A stretch of DNA of 64,000 bases from Bdellovibrionales bacterium (GCA_040275305.1 JBEOJY010000007.1:795-64794), one strand, 5' to 3'; shown: positions 1-9,285, numbered from the stretch's first letter. Translations and numbers: made by a program. The notes: generated from the sequence alone by a model not told the origin.

Positions 1-206
1 TTCCATGAAATACCGCCCTCCCGCGCGCATGCTTTCAGAGAATCCTCCAAAATTCCTCCATTTTTCGCCTGCCTGCGCCCACCGAATGCCTTTTCCCTCT
101 TCCGCGACACGTCTGAAGACCCCAAAATCCCGAATGACCCGTCCCGCCTACGCAATAAAACACGGTTTAAGTGTTTTTAACGATTCCCGCCTTATGAGCT
201 ATCCGC

Positions 207-1874
207 ATGCGCGTCGCCATAGATTATGTCATCAACAAGAACCCAGAACTCCTGGATCAGGTCTTCGGCCTGCGCGTTGCCATCTTCAACTGGTTAAAAG
301 CGTATTTACGATACGGTCGTCAGGAAAGGTTTTATTTCCTAATCGACGAACCCGCAGCATGGCGCGAAGTCCAAGAGCTAGCCGCCTCGGTCGGCTGCGA
401 CCCTGCCCGGCTAACCGCCTTTGACCGTCGCTTCGTGCAAGAAAATTACAATCAATTTTCGACGATTTTTCGCGCCGATCCTGTGGCGCAGGAACTTCTC
501 TGGCGGCGGGAAAAGATCCCCGATCCCGGTTACAACTTTTGTGGGTTAGCGCACGCCATCAGTGGACTCGAAACCGGAACATTACTAGAACAATATTGCC
601 TGTCACCAGCCCAGAAAACCGACGCTATAATATGTCCTTCCCGCGCGGTGCAGTCCTCGATCCGATCCTTTCTTGATCTCTATGCCGAATATATAGAAAA
701 AAGATTTAATACCACCTATCGCTGCCCGATTCAGCTCCCCCTCATCCCTCTCGGCATCGACGTGGATAAATTCGAGAAGATCACCACCCCAGCCAAACGA
801 GCTGAACAAAGGGTTAAGTTGGGTCTAACCGATCAAGACATTGTTATCCTATGGGTAGGCAGGCTAAGCCACTCGACCAAAGCCCACCCCCTTGCGATGT
901 TCCAATCGGCGGAACGCGCGGCCATCAAAACAGGCGCGCGCGTACACCTTATTATGTTGGGGTATTTTGCGCCTGAAACCGACGAGCCTCATTTTCGCAA
1001 TCTCGCGAAAGATATCTGCAAATTGGCGCAAATATCATTCATATCCCATAAGGACCCGCGCTTTCCGGACGGGCTATGGGCCGCCGGCGACATTTTTATA
1101 TCGCTGGTTGATAATTTTCAGGAAAGCTACGGCCTAACGCCTATCGAAGCTATGGCCGCAGGACTTCCACGGGTTATCAGCGATTGGGATGGATACAAAG
1201 ACAGCGTAGAGCAAGGCGTGGATGGCTTTCTCGTCACGACGCGCCAACCTCCTCCGGGACAAGGCGAAGCGCTGTCCGATTTGTTGCTATCGGGCCTTGA
1301 CCTCTACGCCGGGTATCTCGCCAAAGCCGCGACGACCGTGACGATAGATCAGGAAGAAGCCGCAAACCATCTCGCCACGCTCATCAACGACCCGGAATTG
1401 CGGAAAAGCTTCGCCGCGCGCGCCAGAGAAAAAGCGCGGAAAATCTACGACTGGCGCAACATCATACCGCGCATGGAAGACTTTTGGGCGGAAATGGCCG
1501 CGCAAAGGCGCAAAGACTGTGTCGGAGCAAGCAGAATTAACTGGCCCGCGCTTCCGCCGCAAGCGCCTGACCCCTACACGATGTATGCAAGCTATCCGAC
1601 AAAATCGCTAGGCGAAGACAACAAAATAGAGCTTATCGCCGATCAAGAAACGACGCGAATGCTATGGCGGCACGAGCTAAACGTCTTTTCACTCGATATC
1701 ATGATCCATCCTGACCGCGTTCTTGAACTTATCGCCACGCTCAACAAACATGGCCCCATGACGATAGGACAACTCAAATCCGCCTTCGCCCGCGATAACG
1801 AAGAAGGCCGCTACTGGCGCACCGTCGCATGGCTCATCAAACTTGGGATTGTCGGGATACTGCCCCATAAATAA
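207..1874 (+). CDS. Glycosyltransferase with a GT4-type (GT-B fold) C-terminal catalytic domain and an uncharacterised N-terminal extension of about 200 aa
   Basis: 555-aa ORF. The C-terminal motif ...GLTPIEAMAAGLPRVISDWDGYKDSVEQGVDGFLV... is typical of retaining GT4 glycosyltransferases (E-x7-E region). Confidence 0.6.
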   Translation: MRVAIDYVINKNPELLDQVFGLRVAIFNWLKAYLRYGRQERFYFLIDEPAAWREVQELAASVGCDPARLTAFDRRFVQENYNQFSTIFRADPVAQELLWRREKIPDPGYNFCGLAHAISGLETGTLLEQYCLSPAQKTDAIICPSRAVQSSIRSFLDLYAEYIEKRFNTTYRCPIQLPLIPLGIDVDKFEKITTPAKRAEQRVKLGLTDQDIVILWVGRLSHSTKAHPLAMFQSAERAAIKTGARVHLIMLGYFAPETDEPHFRNLAKDICKLAQISFISHKDPRFPDGLWAAGDIFISLVDNFQESYGLTPIEAMAAGLPRVISDWDGYKDSVEQGVDGFLVTTRQPPPGQGEALSDLLLSGLDLYAGYLAKAATTVTIDQEEAANHLATLINDPELRKSFAARAREKARKIYDWRNIIPRMEDFWAEMAAQRRKDCVGASRINWPALPPQAPDPYTMYASYPTKSLGEDNKIELIADQETTRMLWRHELNVFSLDIMIHPDRVLELIATLNKHGPMTIGQLKSAFARDNEEGRYWRTVAWLIKLGIVGILPHK

Positions 1875-1901
1875 TATCTGGAAAAATCCCCCAAATACCT
1901 G

Positions 1902-1930
1902 TTGACGCAATAATCCCACTTATGATATAG
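1902..1930 (+). promoter_or_regulatory. Sigma70-like promoter driving noncoding locus 1, with ATCCCAC direct repeats 21 nt apart
   Basis: TTGACG (-35-like), a spacer of about 16 nt, then GATATA (-10-like). Two ATCCCAC boxes lie 21 nt apart. The same arrangement occurs at 62314-62345. Confidence 0.3.
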
Positions 1931-1934
1931 GTAT

Positions 1935-2200
1935 CCCACTTCTTTAGATTGAAAAATTTGAAGGAGTGCCGGAAGGACCGGCGGTCCCGTTAGCTGCAGA
2001 TATACGGGAAAAGAACCGAAGGTCCAGAAGGCGGGTAGGCCACCCTAAGCGGGGGCCGGGGCAGACAGGGAACCGGACCGTGATGGTGGAGAGCTCTCCA
2101 TACCAGAGGACAGAAGACAAAAGATAGAGATCAGAGGACGCAAAAGGAAAGAAAAGGAAAAAATGGGGAAGAAAAAAACAAACAGACACTCTACTACCTA
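1935..2200 (+). ncRNA. Candidate small RNA, copy 1: conserved core hairpins followed by a long purine/GGA-rich tail
   Basis: No plausible ORF. A conserved core (gcgggtaggccaccctaagc.ggccggggcagacaggg.accggac.gtgat) is shared with 62444-62506. Predicted hairpins include CCGG-AAGGA-CCGG and GGGT-AGGCC-ACCC, and many (A)GGA motifs are present. GC-rich hairpins follow at 2221-2268. Confidence 0.3.
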
Positions 2201-2418
2201 AGACGAAAACTTCAGTTCTTGAGGGCCGCCCTCTCCGCGTCATGCCGGACTTGATCCGGCATCCATCTGCGAGCGGCAGCGAGTAAAATAATGGCTGTTT
2301 CGCCGCTTGCGACTATAGGTGGGACTTTGATTCTTCTGCGGCGAAGATGCAGCGCAACTGAATGCCAACTTATCTACGGCATGACGTTATCGGCTTGTTT
2401 TCCCAGCTAAACTTGTGT

Positions 2419-2727
2419 CGATGCCCACGCTACCCTACACCTGAATGGCAGCTAACATATTGTTTTAGAAAAGACTCGTCATAGCCGCCAGCGTCATTCC
2501 GGCGAAAGCCGGAATCCAGCCGCGCCGCGTCTGCGGCGCGAAAGAGTCTAAAGTGCGTTCACAATCGCAGGCCGTGAATCAGTTCTGTTTCGCTCGCTGC
2601 CGCTCGCAAGCTGGATTCCGACTTTCGCCGGAATGACGCAAACGGCTTATTTTTCCTGCAATATCAATGTATCTGTCTGTAGGGTAGTATGGTCGATGCC
2701 TACGCCACGAGAGTGGGCATTGAGAAA
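2419..2727. repeat. Nested MITE: outer element with terminal inverted repeats gatgcccacgctaccctacac / gtgtagggtag...gtgggcattg, enclosing an inner palindromic element gtcattccggcgaaagccggaatccag ... ctggattccgactttcgccggaatgac
   Basis: Perfect inverted terminal repeats can be read directly. The same inner and outer families recur at 59870-60210 and 61233-61459. Confidence 0.6.
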
Positions 2728-2807
2728 GCGGTGTTCAGGGATCACAACGCATAGCCTTGCCACAAGGCCATTCTAATCCCCGATCCTTGTCTTCTTATCT
2801 CTGGCAA

Positions 2808-3755
2808 CTACCCCGCCTTTGACGGCCCCTTCTTGCCTGAAGACGCAGGTTCATTGGCGGCCTCAGCTACCTTGGCGAGCGAAGACATCGCTCTATCTTC
2901 AACGCTTTTAATATCTTCATCGCGCTTGCGCGACGAAATTTGCTCGCCCATAAGCACGATCAAAGCGCCAGCCATGCCGAAAAGCTGCGTCGCCTCGTCT
3001 GCTGAAATCTTGCAATCTGGCGCCACCAGCGGATTGCGGTAATGCTCCTTGATTTGCGCCAACATCTGAACGGCGCGGCGATCTGGACGGACGCCGTCGC
3101 CGTCTTCCTCGACCATCGCAGTCAATTTCTTCACATAGACGGAAAAGCTGCGCTCGTTCTTCGCCAGAGGTTCCGAAGCGAAATGATCATAATATACGCG
3201 CGTCATCGCGTCGACCGCCCGCAGCATATGCATCGCCGCAGCTGTGCCAAGACCAAACGCCAAAGCGCGTCCTGCCGTCGCGAATTCTTCCTGCGATAAC
3301 TCCGGAATTACGCCCTGCAGACTGGCGGGGAAAGACTTCTGCGCATTCTCTGCAAGATCGTAAGTAGAGTAAATGCCGCGCTTGCTCGCGAGGTAAGTAG
3401 GAGCGCGGTTAAGCTCCGCCGCCAGCGCATGCTCGAACTTCTCGACCAACGCGCGAACCAGTGACAATTCCTGCGTGTCGATCCGGTCTTCTCCAGTCGG
3501 AGTCTTGATCTGCCGCGACGAAGGATCAATGAAATACCGCTCAAACACCGAACCAATCTTGTTCAGCAGCCGCTCGGCATCCTCTTTTGAAGCATCCGGA
3601 ATAAAGACAGCGCCTTTGATGAACCCGTCAAGCAATGCCTGCGCCTCGGTCAACGGCACAAACATATCCGCGACTCGCCCTTGCGCAGTTGCGGAAAACA
3701 AGCCGTGAAGCTTGGCGCCAAGTTCATAAAAACGGTAGGCATTCAGTTGTTGCAT
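2808..3755 (-). CDS. Hypothetical protein (315 aa), no recognisable domain
   Basis: A long ORF co-directional with the lipA cluster. I could not recognise any family signature. Confidence 0.45.
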   Translation of the reverse strand: MQQLNAYRFYELGAKLHGLFSATAQGRVADMFVPLTEAQALLDGFIKGAVFIPDASKEDAERLLNKIGSVFERYFIDPSSRQIKTPTGEDRIDTQELSLVRALVEKFEHALAAELNRAPTYLASKRGIYSTYDLAENAQKSFPASLQGVIPELSQEEFATAGRALAFGLGTAAAMHMLRAVDAMTRVYYDHFASEPLAKNERSFSVYVKKLTAMVEEDGDGVRPDRRAVQMLAQIKEHYRNPLVAPDCKISADEATQLFGMAGALIVLMGEQISSRKRDEDIKSVEDRAMSSLAKVAEAANEPASSGKKGPSKAG

Positions 3756-3983
3756 TGGAGAAACTCACTGGCACAATTGATCCATTCGAAACCGAAAGGA
3801 TAAGAAACCTTCAAGATGCGCATTGTCAATTGATAACATGACTAACAACGGCGCATAAGATAACGATAACCATCGCTTTGCTTAGGTCGTAAGCAAAAGC
3901 GCTATCTACGTCAATGATAAATTATGGTTAACGCGAGGAACTACCGATTATCACAAGCCGCGCCGCGAAACTAAACGTGAAAC

Positions 3984-4928
3984 TTAATTGTTGCCGATCC
4001 GTCTGTCCCGCGCCGCCTTCAAACGCTGAAAATCCTCGCCCGCATGATAGGAGGACCGCGTCAAAGGCGAACTGGACACCATCAGAAAACCTTTAGCCCG
4101 CGCCAGCGTCGCATAACTCTCGAACTCCTCCGGTGTCACATACCGCGCGACGGCGGCATGCTTCGGCGTCGGTTGAAGGTACTGCCCAATCGTCAGAAAA
4201 TCGACATCCGCCGCACGCAGATCATCCATGACTTGCGCAATCTCTTCCTTCGTCTCGCCCAGCCCGACCATAACTCCGGACTTTGTGAAAACCGAGGGAT
4301 CAATCTCCTTGACCGTCTTAAGCAGATGCAGTGAGGTGAAATACCGCGCCCCCGGACGAATGCCGGGATAAAGGCGCGGAACCGTCTCAAGATTATGATT
4401 AAACACGTCCGGACGCGCCTCGACGACCACCTCGACCGCGCCAGCTTTCCGCATAAAATCAGGCGTCAAAATCTCCACCACGCAGGCAGGCGCGGCCTCG
4501 CGCAACCGCATGATGACTTCCGCGAAATGCGCCGCGCCGCCGTCCGCAAGGTCGTCGCGATCCACGGAGGTAATCACCACATGCTGCAAGCCCAACTTGC
4601 CCACCGCCTCGGCCACATTCTGCGGCTCTTGCGGATCAAGAGCCAAGGGCTTGCCCGTCGCGACGTTGCAAAACGCGCAAGCCCGCGTGCAAATCGCGCC
4701 CATAATCATAAAGGTCGCGTGTTTCTGTTGCCAACACTCGCCGATATTGGGACACGCCGCCTCCTCGCACACCGTGTGCAACGACAACCCGCGCATCAGG
4801 CTTTCTGTCTCATGGTAGCCCCGACTGACCGGAGCCTTGACGCGAATCCACCCCGGCTTCGGCGGCGACACTTGGTCAGGCCGATGCATCTTCTCAGGAT
4901 GGCGAGGTTTATCAGTCGTTGCCAACAT
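3984..4928 (-). CDS. lipA: Lipoyl synthase
   Basis: Radical-SAM CxxxCxxC cluster motif (CAFCNV) plus a second Cys cluster ([12 protein letters not shown]). The start is assigned at [10 protein letters not shown], which avoids overlap with the upstream PIN gene. Confidence 0.9.
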   Translation of the reverse strand: MLATTDKPRHPEKMHRPDQVSPPKPGWIRVKAPVSRGYHETESLMRGLSLHTVCEEAACPNIGECWQQKHATFMIMGAICTRACAFCNVATGKPLALDPQEPQNVAEAVGKLGLQHVVITSVDRDDLADGGAAHFAEVIMRLREAAPACVVEILTPDFMRKAGAVEVVVEARPDVFNHNLETVPRLYPGIRPGARYFTSLHLLKTVKEIDPSVFTKSGVMVGLGETKEEIAQVMDDLRAADVDFLTIGQYLQPTPKHAAVARYVTPEEFESYATLARAKGFLMVSSSPLTRSSYHAGEDFQRLKAARDRRIGNN

Positions 4929-4951
4929 GCGTTCCCATATCGCTGCCTTTC

Positions 4952-5413
4952 CTATGCGGCATCCCTGTAGTGATTGAAATTGATAGCCTGAACCCCAAGG
5001 CTGGTCGCTTCCAGATAAAGATCCAGATCGGAAGTCAACAATGTCCGCAACCCTTGACTGGCGCACAGTAATACAGAGTCCGTCAAACCTAGCCGTATGA
5101 AGGCTCGCTGCCCCGCAGTATCTTTGCTCTCATGGTATTCCTCGGTCACAACCTGTATCATCGCCTTAAAGAACTGGCAAATCTCCGTTCGCGCAGGATC
5201 TCCGATATACCGGATCATATTGGATGCTTCTGTCAAAGTGTTGGGCGTTACGATGACAGTCTGCGCTTCCATAATCATGGCGCAAAGAAGATCAAAATCC
5301 TTTTCCGAATATGCTGTAAGCTTTTTATGCTTGGCAATATAGGCTCTCGCCGTGCATCCAACGATATACAATATGAGAAGATTTGTATCCAAAACTATAG
5401 AATGCTTCTTCAC
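4952..5413 (-). CDS. PIN-domain protein (VapC-like ribonuclease fold)
   Basis: 153 aa with a GTG start. The N-terminal ...VLDTNLLI... and later ...LTDSVLL... and ...TSDLDLY... segments carry the acidic residues typical of PIN domains. The region is lower in GC, and the gene overlaps the upstream gene by 1 nt (TAGTG). Confidence 0.6.
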   Translation of the reverse strand: MKKHSIVLDTNLLILYIVGCTARAYIAKHKKLTAYSEKDFDLLCAMIMEAQTVIVTPNTLTEASNMIRYIGDPARTEICQFFKAMIQVVTEEYHESKDTAGQRAFIRLGLTDSVLLCASQGLRTLLTSDLDLYLEATSLGVQAINFNHYRDAA

Positions 5414-5736
5414 TACTCAAACTCTCTGCTGGTAACACTCAGTATCTTACCATCCTCGTCCTGAACGCGAATCGTTTTATAGTCTCTGCGATTGTATCGC
5501 TGTGAGCCTTGCTGCATCTGCGCAATGATACCGAGAGGATTGGCTTCCGTCACGTCCACAGGCTTATCCCACGGGCGCGAGAACCCCAAAGTCACCATCC
5601 AAACCTTGTCCTGTTCATTAAAAGTCACTTCTTCCAACCCTAAATTCGTCACGTTCTCATCGGCAAAAAGCATACCTATGTGCTTTTTGGCCAAAGAAAC
5701 CACAGATTGGACATCCATTTCTATCTCTCCTTCCAT
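5413..5736 (-). CDS. Hypothetical small protein, possible PIN partner or antitoxin, with no recognisable DNA-binding fold
   Basis: Roughly 107-110 aa ORF translationally coupled to the PIN gene. An AAGGTG ribosome-binding site sits 6 nt before the ATG at 5736. Composition is AT-rich. Confidence 0.4.
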   Translation of the reverse strand: MEGEIEMDVQSVVSLAKKHIGMLFADENVTNLGLEEVTFNEQDKVWMVTLGFSRPWDKPVDVTEANPLGIIAQMQQGSQRYNRRDYKTIRVQDEDGKILSVTSREFE

Positions 5737-5768
5737 TATGCGCACCTTAATGCACTATAGCGCAAAAT

Positions 5769-7160
5769 CTACTTATGCATAGCCCGCCCATAAGCGTCCA
5801 GCACCGACTCGTGCATGGCTTCCGACAACGTCGGATGCGGGAAAATCGTGTGCATCAGCTCTAACTCGGTCGTCTCCAGCGTCTTGCCAACGACATAGCC
5901 CTGAATCATCTCGGTCACTTCCGGCCCAATCATGTGAGCGCCCAAAAGCTCGCCCGTCTTGGCGTCGAAGATGGTCTTGACCAACCCCTCCGGCTCGCCG
6001 AGCGCAATCGCCTTGCCGTTGCCAACCAAAGAAAACCGCCCGACCTTGACCTCGCGCCCTGCCGCCTTGGCCTTCGCCTCCGTCATGCCGACGCTCGCCA
6101 CCTGCGGCGTGCAATAGGTGCAGCCCGGAATGTTAGAAGTATTCAAAGGATGAACGCCCTTCACCCCCGCGATCTTCTCGACGCAGATGACGCCCTCATG
6201 GCTGGCCTTATGCGCGAGCCATGGCGGCCCCGCCACATCGCCAATCGCATATACGCCCGGCTCGTCCGTAGCGCACCATTCATTGATCTTGATCGAGCCT
6301 TTCTCGACCTTGACCTTGGTATTCTCAAGCCCCAGATTCTCCGTATTCGCGACGATGCCGACCGCGACGATCACGCGCTCGACCTCAAGCGACGAGGTCT
6401 TGCCACCTTGCTCGATCGTCGCCGTCACCGTCGACTTGCCCTTGTCCAACTTCTTGACCGTCGCGCCTGTTATGATCTTGATCCCCTGCTTCTCAAACGC
6501 CTTGCGCGCTAGGCCGGAAATCTCCTCATCCTCGACCGGAAGAACGCGATCCACAACCTCGACCACCGTCACATCGACGCCAAGCGTGCGATAGAAACAG
6601 GCGAACTCAATGCCAATCGCCCCCGACCCAACCACCAGCATCGACTTCGGCAAACTCTCAGGAACCATAGCTTCCTTATACGTCCACACCAACTTGCCGT
6701 CCGGCTCCATCCCCGGCAAAACCCGCGCCCTCGCGCCTGTCGCGATAATGATGTTCTTGGCCGATAATTCCGGCAGCGCCTTTCCATCCTTGCCGATAAC
6801 CGCCACGCGCCCCTTGCCGAACAACCGCGCCTCGCCTTCGATCACGTTGATCTTGTTCTTCTTCATCAGGAAAGCGACGCCCGAAGCGAGCTGCGCCGAT
6901 ACTTTACGCGACCGCTCGATGATCTTCTTGAAGTCGAACGAATAGTCGCGAACGCTAAGCCCATATTGATCGGCATGGCGCATATAGTTAAGAATTTCCG
7001 CCGAGCGCAAAAGCGCCTTGGTCGGAATGCAGCCCCAGTTGAGACAAATCCCGCCGAGATGCGCGCGCTCCACCAGCGTCACGCTCATCCCAAGCTGCGC
7101 CGCGCGTATCGCCGCCACATACCCGCCCGGCCCGCCGCCGATCACGATCATATCCTGCAT
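5769..7160 (-). CDS. lpdA: Dihydrolipoamide dehydrogenase (E3), copy within the pyruvate dehydrogenase cluster
   Basis: FAD-binding GGGPGGY motif, redox-active disulfide CLNWGCIPTK, 463 aa. Confidence 0.9.
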   Translation of the reverse strand: MQDMIVIGGGPGGYVAAIRAAQLGMSVTLVERAHLGGICLNWGCIPTKALLRSAEILNYMRHADQYGLSVRDYSFDFKKIIERSRKVSAQLASGVAFLMKKNKINVIEGEARLFGKGRVAVIGKDGKALPELSAKNIIIATGARARVLPGMEPDGKLVWTYKEAMVPESLPKSMLVVGSGAIGIEFACFYRTLGVDVTVVEVVDRVLPVEDEEISGLARKAFEKQGIKIITGATVKKLDKGKSTVTATIEQGGKTSSLEVERVIVAVGIVANTENLGLENTKVKVEKGSIKINEWCATDEPGVYAIGDVAGPPWLAHKASHEGVICVEKIAGVKGVHPLNTSNIPGCTYCTPQVASVGMTEAKAKAAGREVKVGRFSLVGNGKAIALGEPEGLVKTIFDAKTGELLGAHMIGPEVTEMIQGYVVGKTLETTELELMHTIFPHPTLSEAMHESVLDAYGRAMHK

Positions 7161-7271
7161 GTCAAAACCTTTCTTGCATCTATTGAGATATACGCCGTGC
7201 GATTGAAAACCTAAAAAACGACTGGCCCTTCAAGCGCTTCTTGTAGCGCATGAAAGACAGTCCTTGCAAAA

Positions 7272-7400
7272 AGGACCGTCATCGCGAGGAGTCCTCCGCC
7301 GAAGGCAGAGGGCGACGTGGCGATCCAGAGTCTTAAAGCCGATGTCCTGCGTGACTCTGGATCGCTTCGTCGCCTGAAGAAGGCTCCTCGCGATGACGGC
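7272..7400. repeat. Palindromic MITE, family A (gtcatcgcgaggag...gatccagag / ctctggatcgc...ctcctcgcgatgac)
   Basis: Inverted repeat arms can be read directly. Copies lie at 9369, 21427, 42793 (half element), 51665, 54252, 54538 and 62688. Confidence 0.7.
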
Positions 7401-7428
7401 GCTATCTGCATTGGCTAACCTCGATAAC

Positions 7429-7992
7429 CTAAAATACGTCTTGTGAGCTAGAATAAACTTGTCTTGCTGCATGTGCCCTTCGCGCCGCCAGATCCATCTC
7501 GTAATGCAACTCATCCTCATGCGTCCCGTCGGGCCACGCATGCGAAGATTTATGTGTCAACACGAACCCAAAAGCCTGATTAGCCCGCCGCGAACGCTCG
7601 TTGCTCGCGCGATGGCTCACCACAAGCTTCGACCACTCCTTATGCTCCATAGCCCAGTCGATTCGCGCTTGATAGAGAAGCCTTGAATATCCGCGCCCTT
7701 GATGGGATGGCCGAATATAACTCGCCCCCATCACGCCAGTTTTTCCCGCCGCATCTTCCTTCCAAGTAAAAACCCCCGTAATGCCAATCAGCGCATCGCC
7801 ATCGAACAAGCCAAACACGCTTTTATTGCCGCCATTCAACCAATATTTCTTAATTTTCTCCTGATCGTACCCGGCCTCCGATTGATAAGAGGAACAGTAA
7901 AAATGCGGATAAGCCTTCAGCGCCTCAAGCCGTAACGCTTGAAAGGCTTGCCAATCGTCAGGAGTCAGCGGCCTTATCGAAACGTCACTCAC
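7429..7992 (-). CDS. GNAT-family N-acetyltransferase
   Basis: 187 aa. Acetyl-CoA binding motif region ...HQGRGYSRLL... (Q/RxxGxG/A pattern). Confidence 0.65.
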   Translation of the reverse strand: MSDVSIRPLTPDDWQAFQALRLEALKAYPHFYCSSYQSEAGYDQEKIKKYWLNGGNKSVFGLFDGDALIGITGVFTWKEDAAGKTGVMGASYIRPSHQGRGYSRLLYQARIDWAMEHKEWSKLVVSHRASNERSRRANQAFGFVLTHKSSHAWPDGTHEDELHYEMDLAARRAHAARQVYSSSQDVF

Positions 7993-7995
7993 GGT

Positions 7996-9285
7996 TCAGA
8001 CCACCAGCGCGTAAGGCTTCTCGATCAACGGCTTGAACGCCGCGAGGAACTCCGCGCCGACCGCGCCGTCCACGGAGCGATGATCCACAGACAGCGTACA
8101 TGTCATGACCGTCGCCACCGCAAGCTGACCATTCTTGACCACCGCGCGTTGCTCGCCCGCGCCGACCGCGAGAATGCAGGATTGCGGAGGATTGATAATC
8201 GCGGAAAACTCACGAATGCCATACATGCCGAGGTTCGAGATCGAAAAACCGCCGCCCTGAAACTCTTCGGGCTTAAGCTTGCCGTCGCGCGCGCGCGCCG
8301 CCAGATCCTTCATCTCCTTCGACAACTCGACCAACGATTTGGTATTGGCTTTCTTGATGATCGGTGTGATCAAACCATTCGGCGTGGCGACCGCCACCGA
8401 AATATCAACATCGCTGTATTGCAAGATCGCATCGTCCGTCCACGAAGCGTTCGCCGCAGGAACCTTCTTCAGCGCAAGCGCGACCGCGCGAATCACGCAA
8501 TCGTTGACCGAAACCTTCGCGCCCGTCGCCTCCAAAACGCCTTGCCGCAAAGCCAACAAGGCATCAATCTCGCAATCAACCGTCAAATAGAAATGCGGAA
8601 CCGTCTGCTTGGCTTGCGTCAACCTTTGCGCGATCACCTTGCGCACGCCGCTGTTCGGAATCGCCTTGTGCGCCATCCCAAGCTTCGTCGCATAATCAAG
8701 CGCGTCCATGCCAACCGCCGCGACCGCAGCAACTCCGGAAGCAACGCCTGAAGAGGAGCGTCCAAAGGACTGCGCATGCTCAACATCGGTCTTGACGACT
8801 CTTCCGCCCGGCCCCGACCCGACAAGCCCTTTTAAATCAATGCCCGAAAGCTCTGCCAACCGCTTCGCCAACGGACTCGCCGCCACGCGCTCGATTTTAG
8901 AGGAACCAGATGATTGCGCAACTGCGCTCATCTCGACTTTTTCCACAGCAGGCTTGACAGGCTCCGACTTCTGCGCAGACGAAGCCGCGCCCTTCTTCGC
9001 CGCAAGCGCCGTCATGGCTTGTTCCGCCGTCATCCCTTCTTCGCCCTCTTCCAGCATAATGGCGATAGGCGTGTTGACGGCAACTTTTTCAGTGCCGCCA
9101 GGAATCAAAATCTTGACAAGCTTGCCTTGCTCGACCGCCTCGAACTCCATCGTGGCCTTGTCGGTCTCGATCTCGGCGATGATCTGCCCAGCCTTGATGA
9201 CATCGCCCTCCTTCTTGTGCCACCGAGCAAGCGTTCCCTCGGACATAGTGGGCGACAAAGCGGGCATCAAAAGTGAAATTGGCAT
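7996..9285 (-). CDS. pdhC: Pyruvate dehydrogenase E2 component, dihydrolipoamide acetyltransferase
   Basis: N-terminal lipoyl domain ([17 protein letters not shown]...ETDKATME), peripheral subunit-binding domain (PLAKRLA), and catalytic DHRxxDG motif (DHRSVDG). Confidence 0.9.
   Translation of the reverse strand: MPISLLMPALSPTMSEGTLARWHKKEGDVIKAGQIIAEIETDKATMEFEAVEQGKLVKILIPGGTEKVAVNTPIAIMLEEGEEGMTAEQAMTALAAKKGAASSAQKSEPVKPAVEKVEMSAVAQSSGSSKIERVAASPLAKRLAELSGIDLKGLVGSGPGGRVVKTDVEHAQSFGRSSSGVASGVAAVAAVGMDALDYATKLGMAHKAIPNSGVRKVIAQRLTQAKQTVPHFYLTVDCEIDALLALRQGVLEATGAKVSVNDCVIRAVALALKKVPAANASWTDDAILQYSDVDISVAVATPNGLITPIIKKANTKSLVELSKEMKDLAARARDGKLKPEEFQGGGFSISNLGMYGIREFSAIINPPQSCILAVGAGEQRAVVKNGQLAVATVMTCTLSVDHRSVDGAVGAEFLAAFKPLIEKPYALVV

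Noticed and set aside
160-180. CtrA-like box TTAA-N-TTAAC about 35 nt upstream of the glycosyltransferase gene
   Set aside because: The spacer is 6 nt rather than the 7 nt of the canonical TTAA-N7-TTAAC. I am also unsure this organism uses CtrA, so it is too weak to call.
5-424. 139-aa Arg/Pro-rich ORF at the window start
   Set aside because: Low-complexity composition, overlaps the glycosyltransferase start, and has no domain. Likely spurious.
1935-2200. Considered tmRNA (two-piece), RNase P RNA, SRP RNA and 6S RNA identities for the conserved noncoding core
   Set aside because: None of the diagnostic boxes could be found: the GGTTCGA T-arm or an ANDN tag reading frame for tmRNA, GGAAAGTCCGG / ACAGAA.CCGGCTTA for RNase P RNA, or GGTCCGGAAGGAAGCAGC for SRP RNA. 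The presence of two divergent copies also argues against these single-copy RNAs.
1944-2243. 99-aa minus-strand ORF (and the analogous 122-aa ORF at 62256-62624) spanning the purine-rich tracts
   Set aside because: These are reverse-complement translations of polypurine DNA and give low-complexity Phe/Leu/Ser-rich peptides. Both overlap the conserved noncoding core, and neither has start context or conservation at the protein level.
3984-5066. Extended lipA ORF starting at 5066 and overlapping the PIN gene by about 115 nt
   Set aside because: The N-terminal 46 residues have no counterpart in LipA proteins. The internal Met ([10 protein letters not shown]...) gives a standard LipA N-terminus and removes the overlap.
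5934-6512. Long antisense ORFs inside lpdA, pdhA, alaS, ubiU and other genes (for example 5934-6512 +, 11359-12099 +, 30455-31516 -, 31669-32637 +, 32062-32805 -, 35888-36484 -)
   Set aside because: These are typical high-GC antisense open frames with Arg/Ala/Pro-rich translations. They lie entirely within well-supported genes on the opposite strand.
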